A DNA stretch of 63,394 nucleotides, filler included, from Chrysochromulina tobinii (taxonomy: Eukaryota), in the NCBI GenBank assembly GCA_001275005.1. It is 9 parts of 9 records of this genome, joined end to end, with 100 filler letters (N's around TTAATTAATTAA, not from the genome) between each part and the next. Parts side by side here need not be neighbours in the genome. Positions count along the whole stretch, not along the records: positions 36,170 to 45,360 come from JWZX01000501.1; positions 45,461 to 47,689 come from JWZX01000502.1; positions 47,790 to 51,163 come from JWZX01000503.1; positions 51,264 to 60,458 come from JWZX01000504.1; 5 more parts are not named here. One strand, 5' to 3'. Below, piece after piece: positions 44,401 to 54,793 of this stretch (position 1 is the first letter of the stretch; every line of letters starts with the position of its first letter). The position numbers and the translations under genes are program-made. The notes beneath the pieces are model-generated. The model did not search any database and had not been told where the DNA came from. It saw nothing but the letters and a program-made list of their open reading frames with translations.

Positions 44401-45360
44401 CGGCGCCCTCACGTGCAGCGCGAGCCGGACCGCGCCCCGCTCGCGCACGGAGACCTCCGCCGCCACGTGCGCGCGTGGTGCGCCCGACACGGCGCCATCG
44501 GCGCTCGCCTCGTCATCGACCGCCATCGGGACGGCCGTACCTAATTAGGGAGAGCGGGGCGCCGTGGTGAGCACATGCATGCAAGGCAGGTCATCAGTCC
44601 ATCGGGACGGCCGTACCGGTACCATACGAAGCGCCGTCCTGAGCGGCGGTGCGCTCAGTACGGCGCGCTCGGGCCGCCGCCGCGCGCTCGACACGGCGCT
44701 CGACCGCGCGCAGCGACGTGCCCACGTAGACCGCCCGACACGGCGCGCTCTCGCCCGTCGATCTCAGCTTGAGCTCGAGCCGCACGAGCGGGCCTTTGGC
44801 GCCCACGACGGCGCCCCCGGGGCCACCACCGCCATCGCCATCGTCACCGCCACCTTCAGCGCCTCCGAGGGTGCGCTCCCCTCCGCGGGTACGCTCGGCC
44901 TTGCTGCCGCCGTCGCCGTCGCCGTCGTGCCCGTTAGCTGAGGCTCGGCCATTATCTCGGCCATGATCTCGGCCATTATCTCGGCCATCATCTCGGCCAT
45001 TATCTCGGCCATTATCTCGACCATCATCTCGGCCATTATCTCGGCCATTATCTCGGCCATGATCTCGGCCATCATCTCGGCCCGCCGCCCGCGCCGATGC
45101 GTCGCGATGCATGCGCGCATACTCGAGCGCGCCCTCCTCCGCCGTCGAGAACCATCCAAGGATGAGGCGTGAGTAGCGCGCCATGTACGGCGTGTGCTTA
45201 CTGGCCGTCTTGTGCAGCTGGAAGGAGACCCCCATGAAGCCAGACGAGTTCGCCGAGCGGCTCAGTGTGAGTCCTTCCGAGGCCGCCTGCGCCAAGGCGG
45301 CCTCGGCGCGGCGGCGGTACTCGTCCGGATCGAGGGGAGGCATACTGGGATCCATCGACG
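41426..45360 (-). CDS. AP2-like + zf-CW + ELM2-like + GRF-type zinc-finger regulator (introns 44541-44616, 43817-43947; possibly 5' partial)
   Basis: EGLTLSRSANSSGFMGV...LGWFSTAEEGALEYAR; spliced WVQCERCAKWRR...LE|VLSEHWVCELNDDPRRNDC; IELGTRHQATLP; CHCG...WFC...CTF and CDCS...FVC...GC. Frames join across both introns. Confidence 0.8.
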
Positions 45361-45460
45361 NNNNNNNNNNNNNNNNNNNNNNNNNNNNNNNNNNNNNNNN
45401 NNNNTTAATTAATTAANNNNNNNNNNNNNNNNNNNNNNNNNNNNNNNNNNNNNNNNNNNN

Positions 45461-47689
45461 CGCCGTACGTGTAGCCGGTGATGCCCTCGATCTGCGTGGT
45501 GGTCGGCATGTTGGTCGGCGCGTTGCCGAGCAGGATGAGCCCGCCCCACTTGCCGCGCGCGCCCAGCGCAAAGACATCGCTGGAGCTGTCCGTCACGGCG
45601 GTGGCCGAGCCGCTGAGAGCGCTCTCAGAGAGAATGGTCGTCAGAGTGATCGGGCTGCTCGCCGTGCCCGCCGCCAAGAGCATGCCGCCCTTCACGACCA
45701 CGAGCGCCGGAGCGGCGACGCCGTTCGGTACGGGCAGCGCAAAGATGGTGGTGCCAGCAGGGATCGTGAGCGTGACACCCGATTGCACGAAGACCTGGGA
45801 GGCGAGAATGTACGAGATGTTCGCGCCGAGGGCCGTGTTGGAAGAATAGTGGCTCGACACCAAGGCGACATTCGGAAGCAGCGTCACGAACGGCGGCGCC
45901 AGGGCCGCTCTCGCAGCGCTAGATGTGCACGTGGATCCAACCATCTTGCCGCTGCACGCGAGCCACGAGTAGCCAGCGAGCCAGTTGTCCGTCGAGGAGC
46001 CGAACGCGCCCTTGCAGCTCACCGACGAGAAGAAGGGGTCGCCGTTGGGAGCTGCGTCCTTGGTGCCCGTGCACGCCAAGCCGCTGGCCAACGGCAGAGG
46101 GTTGAAGGTGGCGGAGCCCCCCGCGAGGTCAGTGGTGGCGACCGCAGCGAAGCCGGGGGCACCCATCACGGCCGTCCACGTGTCCGCGGGCGTGCAGGCG
46201 GCGGTGGTGCCGGTGTGCAGAGCGACCTGCGACGCGCTCGTCGCCGTGTCGATGATGTTGTTGGCCGAGAAGTACAAGTAGCCGGGGTTCGAAATGCTGA
46301 CCGACGCCGCCGGCAGCGTCTGCGTGTAGCTCAGCGTCGAGCCGCAGTCCTCGAAGAGGAGGCCGTTCAAGTGCGGGTACGCCAGGATGCCGTTGCCGAA
46401 CTTGCCACCCGTGCCGTCGTTGACGTGCATCAGCTCGCCCGTGCGCGCGCCAGTGCCAGTGCCTCCGCCGATCAAGGTGAACGAGTAGAAGGCCGGGTGC
46501 GAGCGCGGGGTCACGTCCTGATTCGTGCCAACGCCCGAGTCGATCTCCATCGAGTGGTCGCCCGTCAGGCCCTCGATCACGAACAGGAACTGGCCCTTGC
46601 CAATGTAGCCCTGGTCCGTGTCGAAGCCGTCGTCGCCCACGAAGAGCACCGACAGGTACTTGACGTTCACCGTGCCGCCGAAGAACTCGAAGCCGTCGTC
46701 GACATTGTACGCCACCTCGCAGTGGTCGACGACCGTGCCGGAGCCGACGCCGCCGAAGGTGATGCCGTTGATCTCGTTGTTCGCGCCCACGACCGCGCCG
46801 CCGTGCCACACGCGCACGTACTGCAGGGAGCCCGACGACTCGGTCGGGTTGGTGCCGCCGTACGTCTTCGCGGTGATGCCCTCGATCTGCGTGGTGGTCG
46901 GCACGTTGGTCGGCGCGCTGCCGAGCAGGATGAGGCCGCCCCACTTGCCGCGCGTCTCGAGCACGGTATCCGCGCTGGTAGAGTCAGTCGACACCGACAA
47001 CGACGACGACACGGTGGGGTTGAAGGCAGTGAAGGTGATCGGTGAAGTCGCAGTGCCCTCGGCGAGCAGAAAGCCGCCCTTCTCGATGATCAGGGCTGGC
47101 GCACCGCCGCCACCGGAAGCCACCGGCGAGGCGTAAATGGTCACGCCCGCCTGAATGGCCAAGGTGATGCCCGACGGAACGAACACCTGGCAAGTGAGCA
47201 CGTAGAGCGCACCCCTGTAGAGCATCTTGTCCGCCGAGAGGGTGCCGCAAAGAGCAACGGAGTCGTCACGGTCAGCCGCCGAGGGGCACGTGAACGTCGA
47301 GCTGACAAAGCCCGGGCGGTTGGGCAGGTTGAAGAACGACCAGCCATCGAGCCAGTTGTCGCTGCCGAACGCGCCCTTGTACGTGGTAGTCATGAACCAT
47401 GAGTCCGGCACCGGGTCGACGTTCGAGTACGCGGCCGTGCCGCACGCGCGCGGGTCGATCGGAGACGTGCTGGTCTCGGTGAACGTGTCTCCAAAGATGA
47501 GCGGATTCGTGTTGGTAAAGTTCGGCGCCGTGCCAGTGCATGGCGACAAAATCTGAAAGCCGGCGGTGGGGCTCTCGATGATGTTGTTCGACGAGAAGAA
47601 CAGGTACGTGTCCAGCGATTCCAACGCGTTCGCCGGCAGCACCGACACAATGGACGGCGCGGCGCTGGATGCATTTGTGCAGGTGTCGA
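45461..47689 (-). CDS. Bacterial-type repeated beta-helix surface protein (partial at both ends)
   Basis: GKWGGLILLG, NEINGITFGGVGSGT, DDGFEFFGGTVNV, DDGFDTDQGY, YKGAFGSDNWLDGWS; the unit is tandemly repeated. Confidence 0.75.
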
Positions 47690-48179
47690 NNNNNNNNNNN
47701 NNNNNNNNNNNNNNNNNNNNNNNNNNNNNNNNNTTAATTAATTAANNNNNNNNNNNNNNNNNNNNNNNNNNNNNNNNNNNNNNNNNNNNGACATGAGCGC
47801 TGTGGCCTCGTCGGACGACGCGGGCGACTCGAAGTCTGAGTAAGCTTGTTGGCGACGCTCCGGAGCGTCACCAAAGGACGACAGGGGAGAGCACCAAAGG
47901 ACGACAGGGGAGAGTTCGCCGTCGGCCTTGGGGACGTTCACACGGCATCGCCGAGAAATGCCAAATCTGGAAAACCCAGACGTATTTTATTTCCCTCATC
48001 AAGGGGCGGAGTAACCACACCAAGGCTCACATCACGGCTGGAACTATCGCCAGCTTGGCGTGTACGCCCAGCGTGTTGCACGGACGGCCGTGCGGATACG
48101 CCGAGACAGTTCGGGCATGCTGCGGATTGTGAGAGTAATGAGGGCGCGTGGACGAGCATGGTGCATGGACTGGGTCACG

Positions 48180-48405
48180 GGGAGACGTGGGGTTTGTTAT
48201 CGAATTTGGGTGGGTTTGTTACGTATCAGGATACGTATCCTATGAATCTTGCATGTAATTGCATGTATCTTGACGTGTTCCGTTGCCTATACATAACTAA
48301 CATACTCATACAAGCATATCATACATCATCAGATAACAACCGAGATACTAGTCAGATACTAGAGAAGATACATCGAGATACATCAAGATACATTTGTATC
48401 TGTCA
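48180..48405. repeat. Diverged relative of the GATACA MITE-like element
   Basis: GACGTGGGGTTTG...GGATACGTATCCT...CAAGATACATTTGTAT matches 32918-33072. Confidence 0.65.
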
Positions 48406-48799
48406 CTTTGGCTATCATAGAACCTCGTTCACACCCCATCTGCGCGAAAAAGGACAAGGAAGAAAGAACTGAGCCCATGCGAGCCCTCCAGATCCCAGAT
48501 GTCCACCACGGCACAAAATGCATAATGCAACGCGGGAACGCCCCCATGGAACGCCCCTCAGCCTCACACACGACATCCGTTAGACATCCCACACGTTTTC
48601 ACCGCACTGACAGGCATACCTCGTGCCCAGGAGAAGCAAGGGCGAAAAAAGTACATGGTACAGATAGTTTTGCGGCACGGCGCTGCCTTTTCCGACTCAC
48701 AACAAGAATTTGTTCCATCAAGCATCTCGGAGATCCGCCTCAGTGCCTCCCTCACCCTCTTCTCCTCCACTGTGCTTGATGTGGCCACACGCCCCGCGT

Positions 48800-50785
48800 T
48801 CACGCCGAGCCGTCAAGCAACTGATCTCGGCGATTCGAGCCGTCGCCCGCGCGCAGGATGGGAACGCTGCCCGCGACGACGCTCGCGAGCTCCTCGGAGG
48901 CCAATCGCTTGGCCGTTGGCACGAAGAGGAGCGTCACCAGCATGCCGAGCACGCTCACGCCTGCACAGATGAGGTAGACGCCGTCGAGCCCGACGACGTC
49001 CATGATCACCTCGAAGCTGGCAGAGCCGATGAGTGCGCCAACCTTGCCCAAGCCCGCGCACACGCCGAAGCAGGTCGATCTCACCGCCGTTGGGAAAATT
49101 TCGGTAGGCAGGGTGTACCTGATCAAGGAGGCCATCCGAGGCACTCAGATGGCACTCAGATGGCACTCAGATGGCACTCATAAGCTATGCGTGGCCATCA
49201 AGAGGCCATCAAGAGGCCATCAAGAGGCCATCTGGCACAATCAGCCGCAATCAGCGTACGTCGACACGTTAGGGCCAAAAGCGAGTGAGAATTCCAAGGC
49301 ACAGAAGAGGCCGAACTTGAGGCCACTCGAAGCCTTGGCGAGCACCGCCGCCGCCAACGCCACGCAAGTGGCGGTCTGCAAAAGGAACCCATACGCCTGC
49401 AGCGTTCGCCCCGACCAATAGTAGAGGGCGAAGATGGCGAGAACGACCCCCGGGATGCCCGTGCACATGAGCACAATATCGTGCCAGCAGTTGTCGTAGA
49501 GCGACTCAGACTCTCCGAAGACCGCGTTCACGATGACCACCTGACGAGGGAGCCAATCAGCCGCCATCAGCCGCCATCAGCCGCCATCAGCCGCCATCAG
49601 CGACCCTCAGCGACCATCAGAGAGGAAAAGCGAGCAAGCCTCCCTAATCTGGCAACCATGAAGAGAGCCGATTCAAGGGAGGAACTCACCTTGTTGACAG
49701 ACGAGCCGTAGCAGACAAAGTCGTACAGGAACCAGCTGAGGCCACAACCCGTCAATCTCCCGAGGAGCTCCGGATGATCTCTCACGACGCGCAGAGGGCC
49801 ACGCTTGTCGGCGGTGCGCGCGCTCACGTACTCATGACTTTCGCTCGAGTAGTACGTGAGAAGCATCACAATGAGCGTGGGCACTGCGGCGAAGAGGGAG
49901 GTCATCAGAGAGGTTATCAGAGGCCATCAGAAGTCATCAGAGTTCAGCAGAGGTCAGCAGAGGTAATCATACGCCATCAGCGACCATGAGACGCACTCAG
50001 ACGCACTCAGACGCACTCAGACGCATTCAGAGCCGACCTCACCTGCGCCCAGCCCAAGCAGCAGACGGAAGTCGAAGCTCGTTGCCGCCATGTGCTCGGC
50101 GCCGTAATTGTCCTTGCCGCCGATGAGCAGCAGCAGCAGCGCCACCACGTACGGCAGCATCGAGCCAGGTGTCTGCCAGAAGAAGCCTGCGGGAAGCGGC
50201 GGTCATCACTGGCACTCAGAGGTCTTCAGAGGTCCTCAGAGGCACTCAGAGGTCCTCATAGGTCCTCACAGGCACTCAGAGGCACTCAGAGGTCCTCAGA
50301 GGTCCTCAGAGGTCCTCAGAGGTCCTCAGAGGTCCTCAAAGCCAGATGTCTGCCAGAGAAAGCTTGTGGCGCCCTCGACGACGAGTTTGGGCTCCGAGGC
50401 CATTGGGGGGCACTCAGAGGTCACTCCAGAGGGCACTCCAGAAGGCACTCAGAGGTCACTCCAGAGGGCACTCCAGAGGGCACTCAGAGGGCACTCAGAA
50501 GGCACTCAGAGGGCACACAGAGTGTAGACCGAGGGCCATCATCAGAGGGCCATGAGCGCCATCATCAGAGGGCCTTCATCAGAGGGCCTTCACACCTTTG
50601 GCCACCTCGATGGATGGATTCGGCCCCTTCGAGGCTGGGGGAAGCAGGGGTGGCTCCTGCGTCGTTGTGGGCGCTCGGACGGCCTCATCTCGCTCGTTCT
50701 CGCGCATCATGGTAGCCGTCAGCGGGTACTTGCCGCCCACGCCCACGCCCAGCACGAAGCGGCACGCGCCCATGACGCTGTAGAT
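48800..50785 (-). CDS. MFS inorganic phosphate transporter, PHO84/Pht1-like (5' part not resolved; introns 50187-50595, 49884-50042, 49541-49689, 49119-49259)
   Basis: RFVLGVGVGGKYPLTA, WFLYDFVCYG, FGPNVSTYTLPTEIFPTAVRSTCFG...GKVGA. All four GT-AG introns give in-frame joins. Confidence 0.88.
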
Positions 50786-51697
50786 CTAACGCGTGGACGC
50801 AGGGCCAAACGCGGCGAGAAAGAGAGCAAGAGACACCATGGCTCCACTCAACAACCAAAACACAAGCACCCACGTACCCACTAATTCCCCACAGAGAATT
50901 CCCCACAGTGGTTACTGACTAAACCTGACTAAACTAACAGGTACTTCCGTATAAGGGATGATTTGGCGCACTGAGCATGCACATGCCCCGTGATACTGCG
51001 CGACACCACCGTTCCGTTGCACGAAATCGTGGCGGCCAGCAACCGCGTGCCAGTTTGCCCGATGTCGGTTGAGGATGCCAGCAACGCTGAGATGGACGGC
51101 GAGGACGGCGGTGACGAGGTTGACGACCACGACCTGGAACAGCTGCAGCACATCTTGTGCGAGNNNNNNNNNNNNNNNNNNNNNNNNNNNNNNNNNNNNN
51201 NNNNNNNTTAATTAATTAANNNNNNNNNNNNNNNNNNNNNNNNNNNNNNNNNNNNNNNNNNNNTCTCGGATGACCCCTGATGACCACTGACTTGACCACA
51301 ATCAGTGGCAATCTGAAGCCATCCGCGAGATCGCACCTGTGAATGTGAACGGGAGGCGGGAGCGAGGGAGGTGGTGACGGCGGCTGAGGAGATGGAGGCG
51401 GAGGCGGCGGCGGCGAAGGCGGCGGTGGCGACGGCGGCGGAGGAGACGGAGGCGGAGGCGGTGGCGGTGAAGGCTCCCCCACCGCCGCCACCGCCCTCGC
51501 CACCTCCGCCCTCGCCTCCGCCCTGCCGCTGCTGTCCCAGCTCGTCGCCGACCCGCGTCTTCTCCAGCAACTCTCGGAGCGCTGGTTGCACTCGCTCCAA
51601 GATTTCGCGCCGAGCTGGCGAGTCCGGTGACTCTCATCACTGCTCAAGCTTGCGAGAGCGTTTTCACCTTGCGCGCTTCGTTACACGCCTTGAGGCG

Positions 51698-51880
51698 AGC
51701 ATGATGAGCACGCTGAGCACGCTGTGGTCGGATGCATTCCCGCGATTGCCTTCAGGTCCATCGATTCGATGCTGAGCACAATGCGCACAATGAGCACAAT
51801 GATCTCGATGTGAGAGCACGATGAGCACGCTGAGCACGCTGAGCACACTGAGCACGAACAGCACGCTGAGCACACGCTGA
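51698..51880. repeat. (GAGCACGCT)n minisatellite
   Basis: Read directly from the sequence. Confidence 0.8.
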
Positions 51881-53416
51881 GTGAGGCGCTCAACGTGGCG
51901 AGATCGACATGACGAGGATCGGCTGCGCTGGACCCAGTGACATTGAGTACGTCTCGCTCCCACGATTTCGCTCTCCTCGCTTCACGAACTCGGGCACCGG
52001 AGGTCAGCATCATCCAAAAAGTATAGAATGAAACCATGAGCAAGGGTGGCAGCGGAGACGTGTTGCACGCCGGTGTGAAACGAGATCCGACAAAATTTTC
52101 GAACTCCCGCAATGCGGGACCCGGGCGGCGTACCTGACGGCGGCGTCGAACATGTTCACACAGACGCGCCCGAAGGCGCGCCCCCATCAGGGAACGCAAA
52201 TTTGCACTCGACACCGTCGCAAGACGATGGTGTCGAGCGCTCTGCTCGAATTTCATCATGAAGTTCGGCGCAACGCTTTCCTGATGTCCTAAACACGTTA
52301 CTGATGCGTGTACCTCCGGCCCAAGCATGTACGAGGTCGGTACAATACTCGTTTGACCGGTCCCAAACGCCCACAGCGGACCCTCGAGCACGGCGGGCGC
52401 GCGGCCCTCTCGACTCAAGGTGGCCGGCTAGCGAGCGTCGCCGTCCACACGCCGCCAGCGCTCGCGCACGCATCGCCGTGCCCGCGCTTGCTGCTGGGCT
52501 CCTCCTTGCCCCCCACGAGGATGCCTACCAATGCGTCAGAACCTGTCCGGGAGCACGGGGATGGGGTGAGGCGTGTGGTTCGCTCAGCGCGCTCTCCTCG
52601 CTTCGCTCTGGTACCCGCTAGCCGCTGCCTCCTCGTACAACGCCTTGCAACGCGTCGACCTCAGAGCCCGTACGAGAGCGGCGTGCCGCGGCATCGCGAA
52701 GTGGCGCGAGCGCTGCGACAAGATACAAAAAACACAAAGAGACGAGGACCCCAACCCCCCCCCCCTCACCCCTCCCTGCCAATGCCAAAAATTTCGACTG
52801 AACGAAGACCTCTGGAAAGGGCTTTTTTCCGGTGCGGGTGGAACGAGTATAAAAAAAGAGAAAAAGAGGGGAGAAAGAGGCGGGGGGTATAGGATTCAGC
52901 CGGTAAAGTCGGTATGTGTAGGATTCAGCTGTTTTACTCTGGCTTCGTAGGATTCACACACAAAAAACGCAAACCAAGCGCGTCGCTTTCCGACAAATGA
53001 ATGAATGCGGGTCGTTAGTAAAGCGAGCGCAAGCCGTACACATGGCCATGGGCGCCTTTTGCCGTGTCTTTGTCCGGCTTCTTCTCTCCATGCAGCGCTT
53101 TGATGCGTCAGCTAAGCCGTGAGTTCGAGGGGCTCTGGCACGCTGAGCTCTGCTCGAATTTCACCATGGAACTCGGAGCTACGCTTTCCTGAGGTGGAGC
53201 GCAAGCTGTACAAGGCCATGAGCGCCTTTTGCCGTGTCTTTGTCCGGCTTCTTCTCTCAATGCGGCGCTTGGATGCGTCACCTTGTGCAGAGCCTTTGTG
53301 TGCGTGCCTCTTCCAACAGGGTCGGGGCTGCGGCTGTAACCGCGCGGGAAAGTATACTCTTCCCTATCCCTTTTATTCAATGTGATAACCGAAATTTGAC
53401 GACGCATCAAAAAAAC

Positions 53417-54793
53417 ATGTTCGCGCACCTCGCGCTTGTTTCCTGCGTGGCCATGCTTTCCCTTACAACCAAAGCTGTCCCGCCGCCACTTGCGGTCAAT
53501 GCTCTACTGGCATGTTTGGGATACGTTGCGACCTCTCGCATGACGCTTGCAATGCGCCCTATGTTTATCAAAGCAAATTTGTTTGGCATCGACTTAAACA
53601 AACCTGCGACGAAGCGCGATGCCAATGGTGTGCTCATTCGACCGCTTGAGGGACCTATTGTGCCTGAGGCGATGGGCGCCATCGCGAGCATGGTCTACCT
53701 TGTGCTCATGTTCATGTTCATCCCATGTCCCTTTCTGTATGACTATGCCGAGTGGGGCGCAACCATTGGTGGCGGTGGATGGGGACGTATTGGCGGTGCC
53801 GGTGGCGACGCAGTGGGTGCCTTCCCGCATGCACATCTGTCCAAGTTCCTTTGTGCACTGCTTGCCATCTGCTGCATGTGCTTTCTTGGGTTCGCTGACA
53901 ACGTTCTTGATCTGCGATGGCGGGATCGGCTCTGGTTGCCACTAGCGGCTTCTCTGCCTTTGCTTATAGTGTATGCGGTCGACGGGGGAGGTACACAGAT
54001 TATCGTGCCAAAAATTATTGAGCCATGGTTCGGATCGGTGCTGCAGCTCGGCATGTTCTACTACGTCTTCATGGCATGCCTCGCGATCTTCTGTACGAAC
54101 GCCATCAACATCCTGGCAGGTGTCAATGGCCTCGAGGCGGGACAGGCGGTCGTCATTGCTGCAACCATCCTCGTCAACAATTTGATCCAAGTCTGCCGCT
54201 GCCGTGATGGGCATTTGCACGACAACAACTTGTTCTCTCTCTATCTGGTCCTGCCGTTTTTCGGGGTTGGGGCAGCGCTGATGCGCCACAATTGGTATCC
54301 CTCGAAGGTGTTCGTGGGGGACACCTTCTGCTACTTTGCCGGCATGACGTTCGCGGTTGCCGCTATTCTCGGACACAATTCCAAAACGCTGCTGCTCTTC
54401 TTCGTGCCACAAGTTTTCAATTTCCTGTACTCGATTCCGCAGCTGCTACGCGTGATCCCGTGTCCGCGCCATCGAATGCCCACATTTATGCAAATCGACA
54501 ACAAGGTATGCAACTCATTCGCCGAGATCGACCCGGCGGAATTAGGAACACTTGGTCGGGGCTCGTTGTGGCTTTGTGAAACCTTCAAGCTCGCCAGGGT
54601 CGAGCGGCTACCTGGTCAGACCCTTGTGCGCATCTCAAACTTAACGATCATCAACTACCTGCTCTTCCTCACCGGCCCAGTCCACGAGCAGACCCTCTGT
54701 GTGTTTCTTCTCACGCTCCAGGCCGTTTGCAGCGCGCTCGCACTCTGCGTGCGCTATCAGCTAGCCGGTCTCTTGTATGACACCGTCAGGTAA
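53417..54793 (+). CDS. DPAGT1: UDP-GlcNAc:dolichyl-phosphate GlcNAc-1-phosphate transferase
   Basis: LFGIDLNK, VPEAMG, LGFADNVLDLRWR, FCTNAINILAGVNGLE, NWYPSKVFVGDTFCYFAG, PCPRHRMP; intronless. Confidence 0.95.
   Translation: MFAHLALVSCVAMLSLTTKAVPPPLAVNALLACLGYVATSRMTLAMRPMFIKANLFGIDLNKPATKRDANGVLIRPLEGPIVPEAMGAIASMVYLVLMFMFIPCPFLYDYAEWGATIGGGGWGRIGGAGGDAVGAFPHAHLSKFLCALLAICCMCFLGFADNVLDLRWRDRLWLPLAASLPLLIVYAVDGGGTQIIVPKIIEPWFGSVLQLGMFYYVFMACLAIFCTNAINILAGVNGLEAGQAVVIAATILVNNLIQVCRCRDGHLHDNNLFSLYLVLPFFGVGAALMRHNWYPSKVFVGDTFCYFAGMTFAVAAILGHNSKTLLLFFVPQVFNFLYSIPQLLRVIPCPRHRMPTFMQIDNKVCNSFAEIDPAELGTLGRGSLWLCETFKLARVERLPGQTLVRISNLTIINYLLFLTGPVHEQTLCVFLLTLQAVCSALALCVRYQLAGLLYDTVR

Noticed and set aside
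45461..50785. Phosphate-acquisition gene cluster (beta-helix protein plus transporter)
   Set aside because: The two genes are separated by an artificial linker, so adjacency is unsupported.
51264..51650. Polyproline ORF fragment next to a gap
   Set aside because: Too short and low-complexity to assign; probably a gene fragment.
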